Notes under the pieces: model-generated
What the model saw: the letters and a program-made list of their open reading frames with translations, nothing else
Databases searched by the model: none
What the model was told of the DNA's origin: nothing
Source: Candidatus Dormibacteria bacterium
GTDB lineage: Bacteria > Chloroflexota > Dormibacteria > Aeolococcales > Aeolococcaceae
DNA: 64,000 nt
Assembly (NCBI GenBank): GCA_050734155.1
Contig: JBOHUD010000023.1
Location: 15,726-79,725 of the forward strand
Reading direction: 5' to 3'
Made by a program: the position numbers and the translations under genes
In this document: one piece after another, positions 55,060-64,000 of the stretch
How positions within the stretch are numbered: position 1 is the first letter of the stretch
How the letters are laid out: every line of letters begins with the position of its first letter

Positions 55060-55674
55060 TCAGCGCCGGAGCACGCGCAGGCTTCCCTGCGAGGCCACAT
55101 CGCGGTAGCCCTCGTCGAGGGCGCGGCAGTACACGTGGAATGGCGCCTGCCCGCCCTGCGCGGGGTCGGCGAAGACGTCGTGGATGAGCAGCAGACCACC
55201 GTCGTCGAGGTGCCCAGCGAAGCCGCTGTAGTCGGCGTGGGCTGCCTCGTCGGAGTGGCCACCGTCGATGAAGAGCAGCGAAAGAGGCGTGCGCCAGTGA
55301 ACTGCTACCAGCGCGGAGCTGCCCACCACCGCGACCACCCACTCCTCGAGGCCCGCTGCCGCGACGGTGCGCCGGAAGTGCGGCAACGAGTCGACCCGCG
55401 ATGATCCCGGATCGATCACGGCGGGGTCGCAGTACAGCTCGCCGGGCTGGTTCTCCTCCGAACCGCGGTGGTGGTCGAGGCTGAAGAGCACGCCACCGCG
55501 ACTGCGGGCCGCGCTGCCGAGGTAGATCGCCGACCTGCCGCAGTACCCACCGATCTCCAGCATCGCACCCCGCGAGGCCGCCGCAAGCCCCGCGCGGTGA
55601 AGCAGCACACCCTCAGCCTCGGGCATGAAGCCGCGGGTGGCGCGCGCGACCAGGCGGTCCGCCCCGGTCATGGC
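55060..55674 (-). CDS. Class I SAM-dependent O-methyltransferase (Methyltransf_24 / family-3 OMT-like)
   Basis: EIGGYCGRSAIYLG SAM motif and LLFIDGGHS/DY acidic region, typical of cation-dependent OMTs. Internal ATG chosen as start. Confidence 0.6.
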   Translation of the reverse strand, partial: AMTGADRLVARATRGFMPEAEGVLLHRAGLAAASRGAMLEIGGYCGRSAIYLGSAARSRGGVLFSLDHHRGSEENQPGELYCDPAVIDPGSSRVDSLPHFRRTVAAAGLEEWVVAVVGSSALVAVHWRTPLSLLFIDGGHSDEAAHADYSGFAGHLDDGGLLLIHDVFADPAQGGQAPFHVYCRALDEGYRDVASQGSLRVLRR

Positions 55675-55760
55675 CGGGACCGGCAGCACAGAGTCGGCCT
55701 GGAGCACCGTGCTGACGATAGCGGGAGCGGGGGCGTGCGCCGTGTCGCGCCGCCGGGTCG

Positions 55761-57080
55761 ATGGTCGCTCGCCGCGCTCCACTAGCATCGGCGGCCGTGC
55801 CCGATCCCTCCGCGCTGCGCGTCGCGCTGCTCAGCTACCGTGGCAATCCCTACTCCGGCGGCCAGGGCGTGTACGTGCGCCATCTCTCCGCCGCCCTGCG
55901 ACGGCTTGGGCATGCGGTCACGGTCTTCTCCGGGCAACCGTACCCACTTCTCAGCGAGGGGGTGCCGCTCGTCGAGGTGGCCAGCCTCGACCTCTACCGC
56001 GCCGAGGATCCGTTCCGCACTCCCCGCCCCGGGGAGTTCCGCGACTGGATCGACGCCCTGGAGTTCGCCACCCTCTGCACCGCCGGATTCCCCGAGCCGC
56101 TCACCTTCAGCCTGCGCGTCCGGCGGCTCCTGCTGGCGCGCCGAGCCAGCTTCGACATCGTGCACGACAACCAATGCCTTGGCTGGGGGATGCTGGGCCT
56201 GCTGCGCGCCGGCGTGCCCATGGTGGCGAGCGTCCACCATGCCGTGGTCATCGATCGCAACCTCGAGCTGGCACGGGTGCGCAACCCCGCGCGCCGGCTG
56301 CTGCTGCGTCGCTGGTACCAGTTCCACCACATGCAGGATCGAGTGGGCCGCCGGATGCCGCGAGTGATCACTGTCAGCGATCAGTCACGGCGGGACATCG
56401 TGGAGAGGATGCGCATCGATCCCGCCCGCATCCGCGTCGTCCCGGTGGCGGTGGACGACGCCGTGTTCGCACCGCACCCGGAGATCCAGCGCGTCTCCGG
56501 GCGGATCTTCGCGGTGGCCAGCGCCGACATTCCGCTCAAGGGCGTGGTCCCGCTCCTGCAGGCAATCGCTGCGCTGCGGCGCACCCGGCGCGTGGAGCTG
56601 GTCCTGCTCGGTGAGGCACGCCCCGGGGGGGCGGTGGCCAGGGCCATGGAGGAGCTGGGGCTGAGCGACACCGTGCGCTTGGTGCGCGGCATCGACGACA
56701 TCGACGTCGCCCTTCAGTACGCCCAGGCCGAGGTTGCGGTGGTGCCGTCGCTGTACGAGGGATTCTCGATCCCGGCTCTGCAGGCGATGTTCTGCGGGGT
56801 GCCGCTGGTGGCCACCACCGCCGGCGCGCTCCCCGAGGTGGCGGGCCGCAACGGTGAGACAGCTCTGCTGGTTCGACCCGGCGATGCCGCGGCGCTGGCG
56901 CAGGCGATCGGCAGGCTGCTCGACGACGCGCCGCTGCGCCGCCGGCTCAGCCAAGCCGCCCTCGACCGTTCGCGACGCCGCTACAGCTGGGAGGCTACGG
57001 CGCGCGCGACCGCCGACGTGTACCGCGAGGTTCTCGAGGCTGGTTCTCCGGCTGTGGTACCGCCGGCGCATCATGGCTGA
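55761..57080 (+). CDS. Glycosyltransferase family 4 (GT-B)
   Basis: N-terminal YSGGQGVYVRHL, C-terminal E-x7-E region (SLYEGFSIPALQAMFCGVPLVAT). Confidence 0.8.
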   Translation: MVARRAPLASAAVPDPSALRVALLSYRGNPYSGGQGVYVRHLSAALRRLGHAVTVFSGQPYPLLSEGVPLVEVASLDLYRAEDPFRTPRPGEFRDWIDALEFATLCTAGFPEPLTFSLRVRRLLLARRASFDIVHDNQCLGWGMLGLLRAGVPMVASVHHAVVIDRNLELARVRNPARRLLLRRWYQFHHMQDRVGRRMPRVITVSDQSRRDIVERMRIDPARIRVVPVAVDDAVFAPHPEIQRVSGRIFAVASADIPLKGVVPLLQAIAALRRTRRVELVLLGEARPGGAVARAMEELGLSDTVRLVRGIDDIDVALQYAQAEVAVVPSLYEGFSIPALQAMFCGVPLVATTAGALPEVAGRNGETALLVRPGDAAALAQAIGRLLDDAPLRRRLSQAALDRSRRRYSWEATARATADVYREVLEAGSPAVVPPAHHG

Positions 57081-57133
57081 GGGACAGAGCGGCAATTTCG
57101 TCGCGACCAGATCAGGGTGCAGAGGAGGCCGAG

Positions 57134-58927
57134 ATGGCGGAAACGGTGGGCGACGCACTGGTGGGCCGCCTGCAGGAGTGGGGGATCGCACGGATCTACG
57201 GATACCCCGGCGACGGCATCAACGGCATCCTCGGGTCGCTGCGCAGGAGCGGTGACAAGCCGCAGTTCATCCAGACCCGGCACGAAGAGATGGCCGCCTT
57301 CATGGCGTGCGCGCACGCCAAGTTCACCGGTGAGGTCGGTGTGTGCCTGGCCACCTCGGGCCCGGGCGCGATCCACCTGCTCAACGGCCTCTACGACGCC
57401 AAGCTCGACCATCAGCCCGTGGTGGCCATCATGGGGCAGACCTTCGCCAGCGTCATGGGAGGCGATCAGCAGCAGGAGGTCGATCTCCTCAGCCTCTTCA
57501 AGGACGTGGCCAGCGCCTATGTGCAGCAGGTGAACGTGCCGGCCGCGCTGCACCACTGCGTCGACCGCGCGCTGCGCATCGCCGCCGCGGAGAGGACCGT
57601 CACCGCGGTGATCATCCCCGCCGATGTCCAGGACATGAAGGCGGCGATGCAGCCTCAGTCCATCAAGTCGGTGCACACCGGGGTGGGCTTCGTGCGCGAT
57701 CGCGGGCTGCCCGCCGAGGATGACCTCCGCCGGGCGGCCCAGGTGCTCAACTCGGGCAGGAAGGTGGCCATGCTGGTGGGAGCCGGTGCCCTCGATGCCA
57801 CCGACCAGGTGCTCGCCGTCGCCGACACGCTGGGGGCGGGCATCGCCAAGGCGCTGCTCGGCAAGGCGGCCGTTCCCGACGACATCCCCTACTGCACCAA
57901 TTCGATCGGGCTCCTGGGGACCAAGCCGAGCTGGGACATGATGCAGGACGCCGACACCCTGCTGGTGGTGGGCAGCTCGTTCCCCTACGCCAACTTCCTG
58001 CCACCGCTGGGGCAGGCGCGCGGTGTCCAGATCGATCGCTCCGCCAGGATGCTGAGCCTGCGATACCCGATGGAGGTGAACCTCCTCGGCGACAGCGCCG
58101 CCGCCCTGACGGAGCTCTTGCCACTGCTGCGGCGCAATCCCGATCGCTCATTCCAGGAGAAGATCGCCGCCGACGTCGCCGACTGGTGGCGCCTCATGGA
58201 GGACCGCGGCCAGCCCGAGGACCGCGAGGGCGAGCGCGTCCGTCCGCAGGCGCTGTTCGCCGCGCTCTCGCGCCACCTCCCCGACAACGCCATCATCAGC
58301 AGCGACTCCGGATCGGCGGCCAACTGGTTCGCGCGCCACGTCCGCATCCGGCGGGGCATGAAGGCGTCTCTGTCGGGAAACCTGGCAACCATGGTGCCGG
58401 GCGCGCCCTACACCATCGCCGCCAAGTTCGCCTACCCCGACCGGGTTGCCGTGGGCACCATCGGCGATGGGGCCATGCAGATGGGCGGCATGGCCGAGCT
58501 GATCACCGCCGCCAAGTACTACCCCACCTGGGCCGACCCGCGGATGGTGCTGCTGATTCTCAACAATGAGGATCTCAACCAGGTGACCTGGGAGCAGCGG
58601 GTCATGGAAGGCGATGCCCGCTTCAACGCGTCACAGGACATCCCCTACGTGCCCTTCCACGAGTACGCGCGCCTGATCGGGCTCCGGAGCGTCAAGGTGG
58701 ACCATGCCTCACAGATCGAGGAGGCCATGGAGGCGGCGTTCGCGGCTGACCGTCCGTTCGTCATCGATGCCATGACCGACCCCGAGGAGCCACCGCTGCC
58801 GCCGCACATCACCCTGAAGCAGGCGGAGGGCCTCACCAGGTCGGTGCTGGCGGATCCCACCGAGGGCGTGGCGGGCGTGGTCAACGCCATGCGCGAGAAG
58901 GTGGACGAATTCCTCCCGGGGCGCTGA
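57134..58927 (+). CDS. TPP- and FAD-dependent pyruvate oxidase / pyruvate dehydrogenase (quinone), PoxB-like
   Basis: N-terminal IYGYPGDGINGIL...TRHEEMAAFMACAHAKFTGEVGVCLATSGPGAIHLLNGLYDA matches E. coli PoxB. C-terminal TPP-binding GDG...NN motif. Confidence 0.8.
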   Translation: MAETVGDALVGRLQEWGIARIYGYPGDGINGILGSLRRSGDKPQFIQTRHEEMAAFMACAHAKFTGEVGVCLATSGPGAIHLLNGLYDAKLDHQPVVAIMGQTFASVMGGDQQQEVDLLSLFKDVASAYVQQVNVPAALHHCVDRALRIAAAERTVTAVIIPADVQDMKAAMQPQSIKSVHTGVGFVRDRGLPAEDDLRRAAQVLNSGRKVAMLVGAGALDATDQVLAVADTLGAGIAKALLGKAAVPDDIPYCTNSIGLLGTKPSWDMMQDADTLLVVGSSFPYANFLPPLGQARGVQIDRSARMLSLRYPMEVNLLGDSAAALTELLPLLRRNPDRSFQEKIAADVADWWRLMEDRGQPEDREGERVRPQALFAALSRHLPDNAIISSDSGSAANWFARHVRIRRGMKASLSGNLATMVPGAPYTIAAKFAYPDRVAVGTIGDGAMQMGGMAELITAAKYYPTWADPRMVLLILNNEDLNQVTWEQRVMEGDARFNASQDIPYVPFHEYARLIGLRSVKVDHASQIEEAMEAAFAADRPFVIDAMTDPEEPPLPPHITLKQAEGLTRSVLADPTEGVAGVVNAMREKVDEFLPGR

Positions 58928-58928
58928 G

Positions 58929-59396
58929 GTGAACTGGCTCGGCCGGCGATCCCCCACGTCCCCGCCGGAGCACCTCATCGACCGCATGGTTCGCAATGTC
59001 GAGCACGGGCGGTTCGAGCGCTCCCTCTCTGCGCTCACCGCCGTCGGTGCCGCGGTGACCACCGCCGAGATCTACTTCGAGCACTACAAGGGCAGCTTCG
59101 GCAACAAGATGATGTGGAGCCCAATCGTGGTGACCCCGCCGGTGATCGTCGCCGGCATCGGCGGGGTCTTCAGCCGGAGGTGGGCGAAGACCTGGCTGCC
59201 TCTCACGGCGGGCATCTACACCCTGAACGGCGTGGTCGGCGAGTACTACCACGCCCGCGGTGTGGCGCGCAAACCGGGTGGCTGGCGGCTGGCCTCGTAC
59301 AACGTGCCGATGGGGCCGCCCATCATGGCCCCGGGGCTGATGACCATCGTCGGCGGGATGGGGCTGCTCGCCGCCCTCCTGCGCCGGGAACGCTGA
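58929..59396 (+). CDS. Small membrane protein (hypothetical)
   Basis: GTG start directly after the poxB-like stop. Three or four hydrophobic helices. Confidence 0.45.
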   Translation: MNWLGRRSPTSPPEHLIDRMVRNVEHGRFERSLSALTAVGAAVTTAEIYFEHYKGSFGNKMMWSPIVVTPPVIVAGIGGVFSRRWAKTWLPLTAGIYTLNGVVGEYYHARGVARKPGGWRLASYNVPMGPPIMAPGLMTIVGGMGLLAALLRRER

Positions 59397-59399
59397 GCC

Positions 59400-60134
59400 G
59401 TGCCCGACGTCTCCCGGCCACAGCACCTCCCCAACCTCCGGCCCGACCGGCAGCCACCAGACAAGTCGTGGCTTCCCAGGCAGCGACGCGGCACCACGCC
59501 GCAGATGATCGGACGCTATCCGGACTACGACGTCTTCGACGCCGCCGCCACCTGGGATGACGCCACCCGCAAGCTTGTCGAGGAGCGCCTGCACCTCCAG
59601 GGACGGCGGCTCAGCTTCTTCGACGCCCGCGAAGAGTCCGCCCTGCGCGCCTTCTGCGACGCTGTCACGGCGCAGGATGGCGAGCCGCGCGTCCCGGTCG
59701 CCGAGATGGTGGACGAAGTGCTCAGTGCCGGACGTCTCGACGGCTACCAGTACGCCGGCATGCCCGACGACCGCGAGACGTGGCACATCGTGCTGCGGGG
59801 CCTCGACGAGACCGCCCAGCGCCGCTACGGAGCGCCGAGCTTTGCTCTGCTCGCCAGCGCGGCGCGCGAGGCCATCGTCGGCCAGCTCAGCGAGGGGACG
59901 CTGCAGGGCGGCGCCTGGGATTCGCTCGACGTCAAGCGCGCGTTCTCGGTGTGCATGCGGGCCATCCTCGGCGCCTTCTACTCCCATCCCTGGGCGTGGA
60001 ATGAGATCGGCTTCGGCGGGCCCGCCTACCCGCGCGGCTACATGCGCCTCGGACCGCTGGCGGTGCGCGAGCCGTTCGAGAGCCCCGGTGCCACCGATGA
60101 GGACCCGGTGGGCTTCGCCACCGAGGAGCGCTGA
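59400..60134 (+). CDS. Gluconate 2-dehydrogenase subunit 3-family protein (small subunit of GMC-type dehydrogenase complexes)
   Basis: Family features (YDVFDAAATWDD...FFD..E...L.A..D...P; about 240 aa). Immediately upstream of a GMC oxidoreductase gene, TGATG-coupled. Confidence 0.65.
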   Translation: MPDVSRPQHLPNLRPDRQPPDKSWLPRQRRGTTPQMIGRYPDYDVFDAAATWDDATRKLVEERLHLQGRRLSFFDAREESALRAFCDAVTAQDGEPRVPVAEMVDEVLSAGRLDGYQYAGMPDDRETWHIVLRGLDETAQRRYGAPSFALLASAAREAIVGQLSEGTLQGGAWDSLDVKRAFSVCMRAILGAFYSHPWAWNEIGFGGPAYPRGYMRLGPLAVREPFESPGATDEDPVGFATEER

Positions 60135-61840
60135 TGCCGGCGAACCTGCTCAAGGGTTCGCGAGGTCCCACCGCCAACGACTCCCGCTTTCTGCTCGCAG
60201 TCGATCGCCGCGACCTGCCCGGCGAGGACACCATGCGACGCTACCGCGACGGCGACGAGGTCGATCTCTGCGTCGTCGGCGCCGGTGCCGGCGGCTCGGT
60301 GCTCGCCCAGCGCCTGGCCCGCCGCGGCTGGCGGGTCGTGATCATCGAGGCGGGACCCTTCTGGCATCCCGACGAGGATTGGGTCAGCGACGAGGCCGGG
60401 TCGCACCCTCTCTACTGGACCCAGAAGCGGATCATCGGTGGCGCCGACCCGATCGAGCTCGGCAAGAACAACAGCGGTCGCGGTGTGGGCGGCTCGATGG
60501 TGCACTACGCCGGGTACACGCCGCGCTTCCACCCGTCCGACTTCGAGACCAGGCGTCGCGACGGTGTGGGCGCCGATTGGCCGATCAGCTACGCGGAGCT
60601 GCGCGACCACTACGCGCAGGTGGAGCGCGAGCTCCCTGTGGCCGGTCAGAGCTGGCCCTGGGGCGAGGCGCACGCCTACCCGTTCTCGCCACACCCGATC
60701 AGCGCGGCCGCCTCGATCATCTGGAAGGGCGCGCTCGCCTGCGGCATCGAGATGCGCGTCGGGCCGGTGGGGATCGTCAACGGCACGTTCGGCAATCGTC
60801 CCCACTGCATCTACCGCGGCTACTGCCTGCAGGGCTGCAAGGTCAATGCCAAGGCAAGCCCCTATGTCACCCACCTACCCGACGCCCTCGAGCACGGCGT
60901 GGAGGTGCGCGCCGACAGCATGGCGCTGCGCGTGGAGATGGACGACGCCACCGGGCTGGCGCGCGGCGTGGTCCATGTGAGCCAGGCAGATGGCGCGGAG
61001 CGACTCCAGCGAGCCCGGCTGGTTGCCGTCTGCGGGTACTCGATCGAGACCCCGCGCCTGCTGCTCAACTCCGTCTCGCGACGCTTCCCCCATGGCCTCT
61101 GCAACAACGAGGACCAGGTGGGCCGCTACGTCATGGTGCAGGGCGCGACCCAGACCGCAGGCCGCTATCCCGACGAGGTTCGCATGTACAAGGCGCCGCC
61201 CCCCGAGGTGTCCTCCGAGGTGTTCTACGAGACCGACGCCTCGCGGGGCTTCGCGCGCGGCTTCAGCATCCAGACGGTGGCGCCGTTGCCGATCGGCTGG
61301 GCCGAGCACGTGCTCGCCGAGGGCCACTGGGGCCGCGCCATGCGCGAGTACATGCGCGACTACAACCACTGGGCGACGGTGGGCGTGCTCAACGAGCTGC
61401 TCGCCCAGCCGGAGAACCGAGTGACGCTTGCCGACGAACGCGACAGGTACGGCCTTCCCATCGCCAGGTTCGACTACGCACTCTGCGACAACGACAAGGC
61501 CAACATGGCCTATTCGGCGCAGGTGATCCGCGAGATCGTGCTCGCCTCTGGAGCGCAGGACGTGCTCAGCATCCGGCGATTCGCTCACCTCATCGGCGGC
61601 TGCCGGATGGGAAGCGGTCCCCAGGACAGCGTGGTGTCGTCCGATCAGCGGAGCTGGGCGGTCCCCAACCTCTTCATGTGCGACGGCAGCGTCTGCCCGA
61701 CGCAGGGCAGTGCCAATCCGGCCCTCACCATCATGGCCCTCGCCTCCCGGCTGGCCGAGCGTCTCGCCTCCGGGGAGGTCGACGCCGGCAGGGCCGTCTC
61801 CAAGGGCGCTCCGGCGGTGTCGGGAGGAGGACGTCGATGA
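60134..61840 (+). CDS. GMC-family FAD-dependent oxidoreductase (sugar / sugar-acid dehydrogenase large subunit)
   Basis: Dinucleotide-binding motif DLCVVGAGAGGSVLAQRLA and GMC C-terminal region (H..GGCRMG...VCP...NP.LT). The start could instead be the internal ATG at 60233. Confidence 0.8.
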   Translation: MPANLLKGSRGPTANDSRFLLAVDRRDLPGEDTMRRYRDGDEVDLCVVGAGAGGSVLAQRLARRGWRVVIIEAGPFWHPDEDWVSDEAGSHPLYWTQKRIIGGADPIELGKNNSGRGVGGSMVHYAGYTPRFHPSDFETRRRDGVGADWPISYAELRDHYAQVERELPVAGQSWPWGEAHAYPFSPHPISAAASIIWKGALACGIEMRVGPVGIVNGTFGNRPHCIYRGYCLQGCKVNAKASPYVTHLPDALEHGVEVRADSMALRVEMDDATGLARGVVHVSQADGAERLQRARLVAVCGYSIETPRLLLNSVSRRFPHGLCNNEDQVGRYVMVQGATQTAGRYPDEVRMYKAPPPEVSSEVFYETDASRGFARGFSIQTVAPLPIGWAEHVLAEGHWGRAMREYMRDYNHWATVGVLNELLAQPENRVTLADERDRYGLPIARFDYALCDNDKANMAYSAQVIREIVLASGAQDVLSIRRFAHLIGGCRMGSGPQDSVVSSDQRSWAVPNLFMCDGSVCPTQGSANPALTIMALASRLAERLASGEVDAGRAVSKGAPAVSGGGRR

Positions 61841-62841
61841 CCGAACCATCCGGGGAGGTCGTGGTGGTGACCGGCGCTTCCGGCGGCGTGGGCCGGGCGG
61901 TGGCGCACGCCTTTGCTCGCCGCGGAGGTCGCGTCGCCCTGCTGGCCCGCGGCGAGGAGGGTCTTCGCGCCGCTGCCCGCGAGGTCGAGCAGCTGGGTGG
62001 GACCGCGCTGGTGCTGACCACCGACGTCGCCGACGCGGCCGCGGTTGAGGCCGCCGCCGAGGAGACGGAGCGCGCCTTCGGACCCATCGATGTGTGGATC
62101 AACGATGCCATGTCGACAGTGTTCGCAGAGTTCATCGACATCCATCCCGACGAGTACCGCCGCGCCACCGAGGTGACCTACCTCGGCGCGGTCCACGGCA
62201 CCATGTCCGCCCTGCATCGCATGGTGCCGCGCGACCACGGGGCGGTCGTCCAGGTGGGGTCGGCGCTCGCCTACCGGGCGATCCCCCTGCAGTCCGCGTA
62301 CTGCGGTGCCAAGTTCGCCATCCGCGGCTTCACCGACAGCGTGCGCACCGAGCTCCTGCACAACCGCAGCCGCGTGTGGATCTCCATGGTGCAACTCCCC
62401 GCGGTCAACACACCGCAGTTCTCCTGGTGCCTCACCAAGCTCCCCGATCACCCCCAGCCGGTGCCACCGATCTTCCAGCCGGAGGTGCCCGCGGAGGCGG
62501 TCTGGTGGGCGGCCCATCACCGCCGTCGCGAGGTGGCCTGCGGAGGCAGCGCGGCGGCCGTGATCCTGGCCAACAAGCTGGCCCCGGCGATCGCCGACCG
62601 CTACCTGGCGAAGACCGGCTACGGGTCGCAGCAGATCTCCGGCATGCCGGTGCCGCCGGACAGGCCCAACAACCTCTTCGAGCCGGTGGCCGGGCTGGCC
62701 GCCACGCACGGGATGTTCGACGGCCAGGCCAAGCGACGCAGCGCGCAGGCCTGGCTGAACACGCATCGCGGCATCGCTGCCGGAGCTGTGGTGGGCTGCG
62801 CGGCAGTGCTGTCGGGCGCCTGGCGCGCCGCGCGATCGTGA
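61837..62841 (+). CDS. SDR-family oxidoreductase with C-terminal extension
   Basis: TGASGGVGRAVA Rossmann motif and YCGAKFA catalytic YxxxK. ATGA overlap with the GMC-gene stop. Confidence 0.8.
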   Translation: MTEPSGEVVVVTGASGGVGRAVAHAFARRGGRVALLARGEEGLRAAAREVEQLGGTALVLTTDVADAAAVEAAAEETERAFGPIDVWINDAMSTVFAEFIDIHPDEYRRATEVTYLGAVHGTMSALHRMVPRDHGAVVQVGSALAYRAIPLQSAYCGAKFAIRGFTDSVRTELLHNRSRVWISMVQLPAVNTPQFSWCLTKLPDHPQPVPPIFQPEVPAEAVWWAAHHRRREVACGGSAAAVILANKLAPAIADRYLAKTGYGSQQISGMPVPPDRPNNLFEPVAGLAATHGMFDGQAKRRSAQAWLNTHRGIAAGAVVGCAAVLSGAWRAARS

Positions 62842-63800
62842 GCCCCACCGACCATGGGCCGGGGGGCGCCGCCGGCCTGCTCCCGTCGGGTGAGCAGATC
62901 GACCTCCGCCACGAGGGTCACCACGCGGTCATCGTGGAGGTGTCCGGTGGGGTGCGGTCGTACGAGGTCGACGGGCATGCCCTCCTCGACGGGTACCGGG
63001 CGGAGGCCATGTGCGACGGCGGGCGCGGCCAGCTGCTGGTGCCCTGGCCGAACCGGCTGCGCGACGGCCGCTATTCGTTCCAGGGCGAGGAGTACGAGGT
63101 GCCCCTGAGCGAGCCGGAGAAGATGAACGCCATCCACGGCTTCCTTCGCTGGGAGAGCTGGCGGCCCGTGGAGCGGTCCAGCGCGTCGGTGGTCATGGAG
63201 CACATGCTGCATCCCCGCGCCGGCTACCCGTTTGCACTGCGGATGGCGGTGGAGTACCGGCTGGAGGGCGACGGCCTGACCTCGACTGTCACCGCCAGCA
63301 ATGTGGGCGACCGGCCCTGTCCGTACGGCATGGGTGTGCATCCCTACCTGCGCATCGCCGGCGGTGTCGTGGACGACTGCTGGCTCGAGTCCGATGCCGC
63401 CACCTACCTGGTGGCGGACCAGCGGGGGATCCCCGTCGATGCTGCGAGCGTCGCCGACACGGCATTCGATTTCAGGGCCGGCCGGCGGATTCTCGACACC
63501 GTGCTGGACACCGCGTTCACCGACCTGTCCCGCGACGCTGGGGGGCGCGCCTGGGTGCGGCTGCGCCGAGGACGCGGTGAGGACGGTGTCGGGCTGTGGA
63601 TGGACGATCGATATCCGTACTGCATGCTGTTCACGGGTGACTCGCTGCCCGAAGAGCGGCGCCGCCGGCGCTCCCTCGCCGTCGAGCCCATGACCTGCGC
63701 GCCCAACGCGTTGGCATCGGGCGCGGGGCTGGTCACCCTGGCGCCTGGGCAGTCGCTGGTCAGCCGGTGGGGCATCAGCCCTCTTCTGGCATCCTCTTGA
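62838..63800 (+). CDS. Aldose 1-epimerase (galactose mutarotase-like) family protein
   Basis: Family motifs (HGF...W, HPYL, catalytic E region). GTG start overlaps the SDR-gene stop (GTGA). Confidence 0.7.
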   Translation: MSPTDHGPGGAAGLLPSGEQIDLRHEGHHAVIVEVSGGVRSYEVDGHALLDGYRAEAMCDGGRGQLLVPWPNRLRDGRYSFQGEEYEVPLSEPEKMNAIHGFLRWESWRPVERSSASVVMEHMLHPRAGYPFALRMAVEYRLEGDGLTSTVTASNVGDRPCPYGMGVHPYLRIAGGVVDDCWLESDAATYLVADQRGIPVDAASVADTAFDFRAGRRILDTVLDTAFTDLSRDAGGRAWVRLRRGRGEDGVGLWMDDRYPYCMLFTGDSLPEERRRRRSLAVEPMTCAPNALASGAGLVTLAPGQSLVSRWGISPLLASS

Positions 63801-64000
63801 GCGACGGCCTGCGCATCCAGTCGGTCGAGGTGCGCGTGTACACCATCCCGACCGAGGCGCCCGAGGCCGATGGCACGCTGCAATGGGACCGCACCTCGCT
63901 GGTGGTGGTGCGGCCACTCCTCGACAACGGCGTTCGCGGCCTCGGCTACGCGGTCGGCGACCTGGCCACGGGGGTGGTGGCGCGAGACACGCTGGTCGAC
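63797..64000 (+). CDS. Enolase-superfamily (mandelate racemase / muconate lactonizing enzyme-like) protein, N-terminal part; continues beyond the window
   Basis: IQSVEVRVYTIPTEAPEADGTLQWDRTSLVVV is a typical MR_MLE_N capping-domain start. TTG start overlaps the upstream stop. No stop before the window end. Confidence 0.5.
   Translation, partial: MSDGLRIQSVEVRVYTIPTEAPEADGTLQWDRTSLVVVRPLLDNGVRGLGYAVGDLATGVVARDTLVD

Noticed and set aside
59557-62841. 1094-aa plus-strand ORF
   Set aside because: Chimeric frame running through the gluconate-DH-subunit-3 and GMC genes out of frame. Only its last about 330 aa, the SDR from ATG 61837, are coding.
1-64000. Search for CRISPR arrays, rRNA genes, large direct repeats and intact IS elements
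   Set aside because: No periodic short repeats, no rRNA-like conserved stretches and no intact transposase were seen. Only the IS110 relic at 28.7-29.1 kb was found.

Overview
High-GC (about 70%) actinobacterial-type chromosomal segment, gene-dense, with many 4-nt start/stop overlaps (ATGA, GTGA, TGATG). The core of the window is a selenium- and molybdenum-dependent formate dehydrogenase locus on the minus strand: selD, fdhD, an AceTr-family transporter, then fdnG (selenocysteine-containing alpha subunit with an in-frame TGA at 12589-12591 that the ORF track reads as two ORFs), fdnH (4Fe-4S beta) and an NrfD-like membrane subunit. Divergent from selD are tRNA-Sec (selC, not in the ORF track), selA and selB, followed by the Moco genes mobA, moeA, moaA, a MoaD-like protein and a MOSC-domain protein. 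Flanking regions hold: (a) a GntR-linked catabolic cluster (M24 peptidase, PEP-utilising enzyme, HIBADH-like dehydrogenase, HMGL-like synthase); (b) a lower-GC membrane-anchored protein plus lipoprotein gene pair present twice (7175-7789/6459-7256 and 30230-31953), the second copy next to a degraded IS110-family transposase remnant and an extra low-GC gene; (c) ECF sigma/anti-sigma modules and a NarL-type two-component system; (d) trehalose/maltose phosphorylase (GH65) with beta-phosphoglucomutase; (e) PspA convergent with a minus-strand operon of an ABC exporter, two small paralogous unknown proteins and three tandem, translationally coupled paralogs that each carry two YbjQ/DUF74-like domains; (f) a methyltransferase/prenyltransferase-like/O-methyltransferase/GT4 cluster; (g) a sugar oxidation cluster (PoxB-like, GMC oxidoreductase with gluconate-2-DH subunit 3, SDR, aldose epimerase, enolase-superfamily). 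No rRNA genes or CRISPR arrays were seen. The most novel-looking items are the duplicated lower-GC two-gene lipoprotein module and the tandem double-YbjQ operon.
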